In this document: positions 24,200 to 35,500 of the stretch, one piece after another
Layout of the letters: every line of letters begins with the position of its first letter
How positions within the stretch are numbered: position 1 is the stretch's first letter
Origin: Amoebophrya sp. A120
Taxonomy: Eukaryota; Protista; Dinoflagellata
DNA length: 64,000 nt
Direction: 5' to 3'
NCBI GenBank assembly: GCA_905178155.1
Contig: CAJINV010000001.1
Location: 1,035,326-1,099,325, forward strand
Notes under the pieces: model-generated
The model's input: the letters and a program-made list of their open reading frames with translations, nothing else
Told to the model about the DNA's origin: nothing
Database searches by the model: none
Made by a program: the position numbers and the translations under genes

Positions 24200-26558
24200 C
24201 CTTTCTGTCCAACTGGCTCTCGCGATGCGTTCCTCCTATCAAGTGGGGGCAGTAATTATCGTTATTGATTCTTATTTCATAATCTTCACGAGAAAATAAA
24301 CAGATACCCGCCGCTAGAGCAGGCGACGATACGTACACCATAAAAATTTTGATTTCGTACAGACCAAAACTTTAGACCACATGCGCCCGAAACAAAGCCG
24401 CCCGCTTTCCACCGACAAACGATCCAACACAGTGGGGACGACGAGGACGCTAACAGGCAAAGAGGCAAAACACCAAAGAAACTGGGAGACGCAAAATAAA
24501 ATGTGGTGGACACAACGACACAAAGAATGTGCGAAATATGGAAAACCGGATCAGACCATAAACTTTGTGAACCTGCTGTTACCTTCGCGAACACAAACTT
24601 TTATTGGAGTCCTTGCCAATCAATCTGTATGATCTGCGGCAAGCTCTCTAAACAGTCCCCGGGACGACTGGTGCATGAGGACTCACTGTCACTTACAACT
24701 GTAATACAACACACAATTCTATGAAACTTCAAAGCGTGCGTCAGGTGGAAATGGAATGCGAAGCAGTGGGATGCGAAGCATAATTACCACAGCAATTAAT
24801 AGCCCGATTCAACAAACTCTACCGTGTCTTCAGCAACGACACGGCCCCATCAGAGCAGCCCGAAGCAGGAGACTCGCGTCATTTTGCCTATGCATTTCCG
24901 TTGTATTCTGTCCAAAATACGCATCTACATTGGACGGAGCCTAAAAGTTGTCCACTGCCGCAGTGCATCAAACATATCTTCGCACTGGCGCCGAGTGTCT
25001 TGTTACTCATACCATCGATGTAGTACCCAGCTGTTTCAAACTAGTCGCTGCTTGCCAAGCTTATTATACAGTTTTAAAAAGTGATATTTAGCAAATACAG
25101 TTTTTACCGTCCACATTACACACACATGAAAACTTCGCTACTAGCTTCAACTTGCGCAGCACGCAGCTCTAATTCTCGCCGCAATGGCGTGCATGCCGAA
25201 ATCGAGTGCTAAAGATTAAGCAGACAGCGGCCGCTGCTCATCTCGCGCCACATCGTTTTGCAGCGAAAAGAAAGTAGTAAATACAAGCCAAAAATAAAAT
25301 TCTACCCCGCGTGAAGAGCTAAAAGAAGAACCTGCACGAAAGAAATACAACAGCAACTGATATTGATTTTATATTTCCATGTCGAGACACAAAGATGCGG
25401 CCCTTCTTTAAAAAATATCACCTCGATCGAGAGGTACAGACGTCACAGTATTCGCTGTTGGGCCTTGTTATGACAAAACAGATTGTATTAGCTACTGCAC
25501 TGCTTTCCGCGCCGCTGCAACCTGTGTACTCATTGGCAGGGACGGCCTTCTTTGCTACGTGCGTTTAGGACATTGGGAGAGAGAAACTTTCGTGAATGAG
25601 AAATAAATAAACGAGATAGAAAGTATGTCAAAAAGTAGAAAATCAGGATGTACAGGATACAGCAAACCATTTTATCATAGGCATGAGCCATCCGATATAA
25701 CAACTATTGCGACGTCTATTCGTATAATTCGAGCAGAAAAGTTACAAGTTTGGACCTTGCGAGAATGCTACAATAAAGTTTGGATCATTGTCAGGCTTGA
25801 GAAGGACTACAAAACGGCATAAATAAAGGGGCCCGAGGTACATTTGAGTGTGCATTTGTATGATTTCGTTTCCGAAGCGCAAAACGCATCAGTCTCACGG
25901 GATGCTCGTCCGTTGCCTGACGAGACAAAAGAGCATCGGCGCGAAGTTCCGGCTGACATATCGGCTACTCGGAACTGCTATTTCGAAAACACATAACAAA
26001 CTTTAGTTCTTAAACTAAAATGACCCGCCCTTCGTGTCCTCCGTTCCCCGTGGTCAATGAGCATCCCGAGTACTAGAGACTTGTGTGCGATTAAGTTTAG
26101 TTTCCATTTGAAGAATTTGATTTTTCGCTTTTAAGTTTGATATACGAGTTCACGATAGAGTTTGGTAAAAGTTTGAATCGATTGAGCTCTTCTTGCACGA
26201 CAGTCCGCGCGCTTCATTTTTGAATATTCCTGGTTTCTAATTAGCAAATGCAGCTTGAGGTGCAGTCAGTGTACTTAGCAGTATGGGAAACGAATAGTAC
26301 GAAAAGAAACAAAAATACAAATTGGCGTTGTTGATGCCAGGACAGAAGGACCCTGGCGACAGCCTGCGCGCAGGAGAGCGCATAGGTACTAACTTCAATG
26401 GGTACTGACATTTTACACGATATACGGCGACAAGCTCCGGTGCGCGGCCATTGTTGTGGACATTTCGATGTTGCTCTGGAAAAGAACCGCAACTACTCCA
26501 GTGATACATATTAACGTTTTATTTCCGAGCATGTCACCCAACCACCGCATCCTTATTT

Positions 26559-29500
26559 TCACGGAGACTTGCTGTCTTCCCGACCGAACCAGCGTTTCAC
26601 TGTGGTCGCAACGGTGTTCAGCACCGTAGCCGCCCCGGCCGGTTCCGTCGTGTCGCCCTTTGCGATATGCATTGCAAATATGTCTGGACGTCTGGAGAGA
26701 TGCAGTTTGTCATGCGAACTTTCGATCAAATAAAAAAAAAATCTGTGTTGCGTAGAAGCCAAAAGTTTTTTGCACACTTGTTGCTAATTATAGCAACAGG
26801 CGTGTTTCTCATCAAATGGCGTAGGCATTAGGAAGGTCATCTCGCGAATTTATCTGCGAAGATGCTTCTGCGTGCAATAGAGACAAGCCGGTTGTAGTTG
26901 TTCGCTTGGATGCATGACGAATAGTCCTGAGATCTTTCAGACCCAGACATATTTGCAGTTGATACGCAAGCTCTGGACCCCAGGTTGCATGGTTTTGGAT
27001 CAGCTCCACGATCTCAAAATGCCCTTCGCACCTGCAGATTTAGAAAAATATGTTGCAATCATGTGAGATGGCGCTCGAAGAGCTACATACTGGACAAAAA
27101 TTAGATGCAAACGACCAAAATTTTTATATGAGTTCATGCACGTCCGCTGCAACACGGTGGCGGTGCCACCCAACATTCTTCACAACCACAAGACAAGTGC
27201 CTCTTTCCTGACCACACGGAAACAGAACATACTTCGCCAGGTCCAGGCAGGTTTGCGCGCCGCGGTCCTTGCAAAGCACGAGTCTTTTGGTGCAGTGCTT
27301 GTGGTTCATCAGAAACTGTACGATGTCCATGAATCCCTTTTCGCAGGCGGCGTGCAGGCAGCTTGTGCCGTACTTAGTTTGCGCGTTTATCAGGTGAGGT
27401 GGAAAATGCTTGTGGTCCAGTAGGTACTCCACGATGTTGGTGTGTCCCGCCTCGCAAGCCGAAAACAAGCATGTTGCGTGGTACACATTGAGCGAATGCG
27501 TGATCAGTTCCTGAAATTGGAAATAAGGTTCTCTTGTCTTTTCGAAGGTCTCCTAGAAAAAGTTCTTGCTCCGAGGGAGTGATGTAAAAAAACGGTGGAA
27601 GTCATGAGACTCATCATTTTTTGATTGTTTGGGTATTAAGCACTACTGAACAAAGCCAAATAAACCTGTCACAAAATAAACGTCAGAGATGAATCTTCTA
27701 CAACGCACCTTTCTCTTCCCGGTGTTGTCGTTTGTGGTGCAGAAATTCATCAACGATTCGACGACGTTCAAGTGGCCCTCGCTGCAGGCGAGCTGCAGAC
27801 AGGTCATGTCCTGTTTGTTCTTGGAGAAGAGTAGGTTGTACTTTTCGGCCGCGGGTGACTTCACCAGGTATTCCACAATTAGCAAATGCCCCTCGGCCGC
27901 CGCCACGTGCAGGCAAGTGTCCCCGAGATTGTTGCGGTACATCACCAGCTATCAAATGCAAATATGTCTGGGTCTGGATCTAGAAACTTGTACTTAATGC
28001 TGAGTTGTGAATAGAGAACTCTCGTCTGCAATGCACAGCCAAGCATGAGAAATGTTTGCGCGGCTTAGCGTTGCGCCTGCCGCATGAGAAACTGCGTTTT
28101 GCATGACAAGCAAGACGAGGGTCTCTTCTTGGACACGCATCACATCGGAGGTCTACGGGCTGTTCGTCCCTTGAACACGCATCACAATTTCTTCAGTCAT
28201 GCCAGACAAGCATTACACACGCGGCATTGTTCCAGACCTACGCATATATATTTGCAATCCATACCAGGGTGTCCGGCTTGAAGCTTGGCTGCTGTTCCGA
28301 CACCACCCCCTGCTCGCTATGAGAGTGTACAACTCCCCCTCATTCTCATTTCTCATGCAAAATCCCGAATCCAAGCGCTTCCCGCCTTGTATCACTATGT
28401 ATTGCGCATGGCAGATCCCGGAAGCGGCCCAAACAGTACTACACTGGAACTGCATGAATTTGTCATGCACAGGGTCCACGTGTGCTGGTGTCTGTATTGC
28501 TGTTCATCCAATACAAATGACAAGGAGGGGGAGTTTGTGCACCCTCATACTCGCTGGCCTGGATCGACTGCTCCACCAGGAGCTTCACGATGTTCAGATA
28601 GCCGTACTCGCAGACCTTGTGCAGAATCGTGTTGCTGCGCGCCTGCGCCGCCAGCAGCTCGATGGGAAACTTGTCGCTCTTGCACAGAAACTCGATCACC
28701 TCGTGCCGCCCCTCGTCGCAGGCGGAGTGCAGGCAAGTGTAGTGGTTGCGGTTGCGTGCCTGGACCAACTCCTTCGGGCAGTCCTCGTGGTCGACGAGGT
28801 ATTTCACCACCTGAAGAGACGAAAAAAAAAAGTGGAATAATAAATCGATGCTAGCTGCAGGTAGATACTTACACTGAGACGCTCGCGTTCCCACGACCTT
28901 CTCGTCCGACAAAATAAGTGTGTCAGAAATCAGCCACATGCGAATAAAAAGTGCGACGTAAATCTTTTACGTCCACATTCCCGTGATAGCATGCGAAGTG
29001 CAGGCAACTGGCTCCTTTTTTATTCTGCAGTCCCATGAAGTCGCGCTTTTTATCTCGTGACAAACCCGTGCCGTCTACTAGGAATTTCGCGATCTCCAGG
29101 TGTCCTGGTGTGTTGTTAGTTTTTGTTTTTGTTTCCCTTTCACTTTCTCGCCCTTGAGAAGCACTAAATTCGAAGATGATATTACTCACAGACACAATGA
29201 CGGACCCCTCATCCGGCGCCAAAGTCGTCGTCGTTATCATTACTTCTACCTCCAATGCCAGAAATGAAAAATGGAGATTTCTAACCGATACTGGCATTGT
29301 CGTACGTACCTTTTATGCTCGCGAGGTGGAGTCCACTCGCGTTGTGCTTGTTCTTGGACAGGACTAGTTGCTCGATCGCGTAGAACTGTTCGGGCCCGAC
29401 TTTTATTCTGTGCAAAAGCACCGCACTCGTTCTCGTAGTATTAGATTGCAGCTCCGCTGTTGTTAAAGGTAAAAAAAACCGCATTACAAATCTATGTATT

Positions 29501-32500
29501 GCAATGCCGAGCCAATTTGTATTGCACTTTATGCGTAGTACGATACTTTTGCAATGCATAACTTCCGAAGAGTCATTGTCGCTGACATCGTTGTAAGGAT
29601 ATGGCGACGAACTGCTGTTTTCTGCTGGGGGTATTACCACGAAAAATGCGCCCATTCCAGAATTTGGCAGCATTTGTATTGCATAGCTTTCCAATGGAAA
29701 CACTCCCCATCCTGCATGTAGTTTCAGCATCACAAATTTTCGATGGTAAATAGCTAAAATTTGTGTTGCACAAGACCCCAGCAGTAGCCGGGCCTGTTAT
29801 GTAAAAGATGCCTTCCTCGACAAGATTCTGCATCAGAAAGACTCATAGTCCTTTCATGCATAGATAAAACGACTTTCGCTTAAAAACCTTATGCATCAGA
29901 ATTTTTTCCAACTTCCGGAGCGGTGGCACTTTTCATTGTAATAGGCGGATACTCCTGCTCATCGTCATCGCCGCCGCTGCTACGCTGCGACAGGTGCTCG
30001 CCACCTGTTCCAAAAGTTTCCACGATGAAAAATTTTCATATCGCGCGCACCAACGCCGATATTGGACGCACTTCGTAGGCGATGCTACCCTCCCCTTGGT
30101 ACAAATCATATCACGACCAACACACGGGCCCGAATCTACTACCACTACGTACTGGTACTGCACTGAGTCAAAAAAAAGCAGCATCTATTAACAACAACAT
30201 TTTCCCATACCTGTCACATCTCCGACTTGCCCCAGTCCGCCGCTGGGTGGGAGGCCCTTGGGTTTGCAAAGAAACTCGACTATGGACAGGTGTCCGCGAC
30301 TGCAGGCGACGTGCAGACAATTGCCGATGCCGCCCCATTATGCATCGCAAATATGTCGGGGTCGGGAAAAGTGCCAAGTTTGTCATGCATATTTTCCATG
30401 GCCCAACATGTCTGTGATGCATGCCCTAGCATCACGGATCATTCTGCGAGAGTTTTCTGATGCTCACACCGCATGCGAAATGCCGTCTGCGCCTGGAAAA
30501 ACTGGCGTTCGTTTGCTCTCCATGCAATACAGGTTTTCTGTAGAGTCCAAAGGTAGCATCACGAGCTGCATCCTTCCAGACCCAGACATACTTGCAGGTG
30601 ATACCGATACGCTGAAGATAAGGTCCGTCAGCGAGGGGAAGCCGTCGTCCGGATATCCACGAAAAAAACTGCGTGAGTGGAGGTGTCTTGGCGTGAAAGC
30701 ATGACAAATCCCTGTTCTGCGTGACCCAGAAAGCCTGTCGTCTGCACAGCCATTATCATAGTGAAAACACATATCAAAAATGCGATTTCATGGCTGGCTA
30801 GCAGGACAAGTGTATATTGCGTTGCGAGCTTGGCATTACAAACTTACCCAAATACACAGTTTTTTTCTTGCATACCGGACTTTGCGACACTAATGATATC
30901 TCGTCATCCCAGTCAGCATTATTTCGCCGTATCAAATGCAAACACGTCTGGCTGTGGATCAGTCATCATCATCATTATGTAGTGGACACCCGCACCCAGC
31001 GCCACAGGTCGAGGAGCTTGTCATGCACGACGTTTTGCATGCCTCAAAAGGTCTGGAATGCAGAGCCTAGGATCACAGGCCTATATGGGAGAGCTTTATT
31101 GCAATGGCTCCTCAGCATCACAGATCCTCGTCTCTCAGCGTCGCCAAAAAAGGAAGCTTTTGCTCCTCAAGTATGGCAGATTTGTGTGTTTGTAGCAGCA
31201 AAAGAGCATCACAAGTTGGTTGCACCTTTCCAGACCCAGACATAGTTGCCATACGTACGCCGCTCCGGCTGGTGATTCCCCGGAGATTCCTGTAGATTTT
31301 TTGCCCACATCAGTGACCAACATTTGTTCGCTTTCTCTTTTGATATCAAGTATACTACCACCATAATTTCAGTTCTTCTTATTTCCACACAGCTCATAGC
31401 GAACTTACCGGCCCGCCTGCAGCCTGGTTCAGGACGTCCTTCGTTGGGTCGTCGTTGGTTCTTATCCTGTGAAAAAACGAGCGACGTCCCCGCCCCAGAG
31501 TTAAAAGATGGAGATTTTATTTTTTTGCCCTGCCACGATTTTTGTTCATCATCCAGCTATTCCAGTAGGGACGGTGGGCGTTTCCAAAGTAAGATATAAA
31601 CAGCCCCTGCCTTCCACTGGAAAAATTGAGCCCAGCCGCATGAGGCGGCGTTCGTGCGGCACCCTCCAAACAAGCAGGGATATGCCAAAAATGTGGACCT
31701 AAGTTTCTCAATAAGAATAAAAGCAAAGCTATGCACTGAAACACATTCAATGCGTATAAAAGTGCTAAAAAAGACAGTTACTATGGGATTTATGTAATCC
31801 CATAGTAATTGCGCTTTTGAGAATTTAAAAAAAAATCATGCCCGACAGCCAAACCTCAAAGGTTTGGCTGTCGGGCATGACAACTCTGGGACTCTAGTGT
31901 ACCGGTATTCGGCTAGTGAAGCCACATCACAGATCTAGCTTCTGATCCTGATAAAGGAAAAGATATGACAAAGTCCCACACAGCATGAGAAAATGCTCCT
32001 CATGGGGCTGCGCATCATCATCATCATCATCATCATGTACTAGTGCGCCACGGATCCCCTCCCCGGGGGGCCGGCGGGCGAGGAAGCCCGGAGTCTGTTC
32101 TTGTGACGCCCTCCAATGCAGGGATAGGCAAAAAATGTGGCGCTAAGTTTCTTGATAGGTATAGGAATAAAAGCAAATAACCTATGCACTGACACAGACA
32201 CGCATCGGATGTGTATAAAAGTGCTAAAAAAGACAGTTACTATGGGATTTGTGTAATCCCTTAGTAATATCGCTTTTAAGAATTTTAAAAAAAAATCATG
32301 CCCGACAGCCACACCTCAAAGGTTTGGCTGTCGGGCATGCGCATGACAAGTCTGGGACTCTAGTATACCGGTATTCGGATAGTGAAGCCACATCACAGAT
32401 CTAGCTTCATCTGATCCTGATAAAAGAAAAGATATGACAAAGTCCCACACAGCATGAGAAAATGCTCCTCATGGGGCTGCGCATCATCATCATCATCATC

Positions 32501-35500
32501 ATGTACTACTGGGCACCCGCATCCAGCGCCACGGATCCCCCCCCCGGGCGGCCGACGGGCGAGGAAGCCCGCAGTCTGTTCTTGTGACGCCCTCCAATGC
32601 AGGGATAGGCAAAAAAAGTGGCGCTAAGTTTCTTGATAGGTATAGGAATAAAAGCAAATAACCTATGCACTGACACTGACACGCATCGGATGTGTATGAA
32701 AAATGAAAAAAGACAGTTACTATGTTGGGATTTATGTAATCTCATAGTAATTGCGCTTTTCAGAATTTAAAAAAAAAATCATGCCCGACAGCCAAACCTC
32801 AAAGGTTTATTGGCTGTCGGACATGACAAGTCTGGGACTGCAGTGTACTGCTGTTCGGCTAGTGAAGCCACATCGCAGATCTAGCTTCTCATCCTGATAA
32901 ACAAATGACAAAGTCCCATACAGCATTAGAAAATGCTCCTCATGGGCGGGCTGCGCATCATCATCATCATGTAGCGGACACCCGCACCAAGCGCCACAGG
33001 CTACGGATCCCCTCCCCGGTGGCGGTGGGCGCATGACGCTTCACAGTCTGGGCATCTGCAAATTTGTATGACAACTCTGGGGTGGGGACGTGTTTTCCCG
33101 AGGATAGCTTGATCTCGTTCGTCATTGCCCCCACTTGACCGCGCCGAGCTGTCGGTTATTTTCTTGCGCCCGCCCGCTGTTTTGTCGAAGATTTTTCAAT
33201 GCGAGCAGCACATTCGTTGTTCACCGCTAGATGTACTTCTGTCTCGAGACTAGTAGTCGATAGCTTTTTGATGCTGTCGCACGGCTCAACACTTAGAGTG
33301 AACGTCGACCAATTATGCGCTTGTCAAGATAGAAGTGAAGACGCTCATTCAAAAAAACTCATTTCCTATTGAATTCTAGTATACTTTTCTGCTCCTGGGC
33401 ATTTTGTCCCCCACTGCAGGAGGATCCGGGCTGCGACCGGGCGCTGTTCCCGTAGGACCCACTGTGCTCCGCGTGGTGGTTATCGAAGAAAAAAACTGTG
33501 TAAGTGTAACTTTTTTGCAGGAACAGCATCACAGATTTGTTTTCCATGACAGAAAACTTGTCATGCGTAGCTAGTATGCTAAAACACGTACTAAAATGGC
33601 CTCTGATGCATATCCGGCATGACAGGTGTAACTGTATTGCAACATCTGCAAGACAAAGTTACACCTACACAGTTTTTTTCTTGCATAGTGCTGCGTGGTC
33701 CCCCGCTCGGGCCAGTGGTTGAAAAAGAACTCGATAAGCGGTAAATGCCCGTGGTATATCAAATGCAAAAATGTCTGGGTCTGGAGGAATTGGAACTTGT
33801 CATGCGATTTCTGGAACAAGCAAAAATTTGTGCTGCATAAGCACCAAAAGCTTCCCATTTCTTGCTACGCAAATAGGGAATTTCTCATGCGGGAAAGACA
33901 TCAGGAGGCCTGCGCGAAACTTGTGATGCCTTTGCGTGCATTAGAGATCAGTTGCGTGATCCAGAAGATGCATGACAAACTCCTGCAATCTTCCAGACCC
34001 AGACACTTTTGCATTTGATATAGTAGCAGGCGTCGTTGAGACAGTTGTAGCCGTCCTTGTCCTGGGCGCCGACCATCGAGGCTTTGGGCACGTCCGGCTG
34101 GAACCACAGGAGTTCCATAATTTGCACAAACCCTTCCTGGCACGTAATGTGGAAGCACGTGTTGCCTGTTGTACAGTTTTTTTCGGAAGAGGTGGTGGTG
34201 CAACAAAACGTGCAAAAAGACATCATATGACTCTGCTGCCTGTTGCCGGCGTGAAGGTACAAGTTATCACTAAGATGCAAAAAACCTGCAACGGCGCGAC
34301 GCGGCCGCACCAAGTGGAAGTGCAACTGAGTGAGTGAATGATTTACCCAACTGACGGGGTTACTAGAGGGAACTACTGTTTTTATTTATACTAGAGGGAA
34401 CTACTGATTTACCCAACTGGTTGTTACAGTCAGAGTAGGCAATTTCTAAATTTCTAGACGTCCTGAAGATGATCCACGCACATCCAAGAAGTGAAGTAGC
34501 AATACAAATACCGTTTTTCGTTTGCAGTGGTATCAAGCGGTCCACGGTCATACTGTCGCTGTTGTTTAGCAGGGATTTTACCACTTCCAGGTGCCCCTTC
34601 TGGATTGCCAAGTGCAGGTAGGTATCAAATGCAAACATGTCTGGGTCTGGGAGGAAGTCATGCGCATTTTGTATGAGTCCTGATCATGTCTGTGATGCAT
34701 GCCCTAGCATCAGAGATTTTGTGAGAGGAGCTTTCTGATGCCTATACCGCATGAGAATAATTGCCCTCTCGCAATGTTGGCAAAAACTGGATCACTTTTG
34801 CTGCTCATGCAAAAATACAGATTTTTGTAGAATGCAGATGCAGGATCACAAGTTCGCATCCTTCCAGACATAAAGATGACATATTCGCATGTGATAGCAG
34901 GTGAACCCGTTCTTGTTTTGCTGTAGAATCAGCTTCTCGTCGCGACACCGCTGATTTTTCACCAGAAATTCTACCACGTTCAAGTGCGCGTCCTCGCAGG
35001 CCAAGTGGAGACAGGTGGCGCTGTGCTTGTTGCCCCAGTTTAGCAGGTCCTTGGGACACTTCGGGTGGTCCACCAGAAACTTCGCGACCTCCAACTGCGG
35101 CCGACAGCACGCCAAGTGCATGCACGTGGCGTTGTGCGTGTTGCCGCGAACCCAAAGGTCAATGCCGGTTGGGAACCTGACGAAGGTCGATCGGTGTATC
35201 GGTCAAGTGAGCCGAAGTAGAAATTTTGATTTTCATGTTCACGATATTAAAAGCATCTTCCCGAATAAGGAGCTCGTTACTTTGTAGTCTTATTCGGCCA
35301 CGAGCTTCACGACCGCTTGAAGAAAATCATTATCATACCTGGAGTGCTCGAGAATGAACTTGACTATTGGCATGTGTCCGTTGTAGCATGCCTGGTGCAG
35401 GTAGGTCGCACGGTGCTCATTCGGGCACGTGATGAGGTCCTCCGGCGTGTGTGTATTTTCGAAAATCGCTTCCACCGCGCGCTTCTGCCCCAGCCGACAC

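Noticed and set aside
24200-26550. Possible genes or RNA genes in the long AT-richer gap (also 38400-40300 and 59500-60900)
   Set aside because: Only short ORFs without motifs; no tRNA, rRNA or dinoflagellate spliced-leader sequence recognised by eye. A covariance-model search would be needed to exclude them.
31640-33050. Regularly spaced palindromes resembling a CRISPR array
   Set aside because: The intervening sequences are themselves repeated ~450-480 bp units, there are no cas genes, and the context is a eukaryotic intron.
34340-34420. Short local duplication (GATTTACCCAACTG / TACTAGAGGGAACTACTG)
   Set aside because: Small intronic duplication without TIR/DR structure; no evidence of function.
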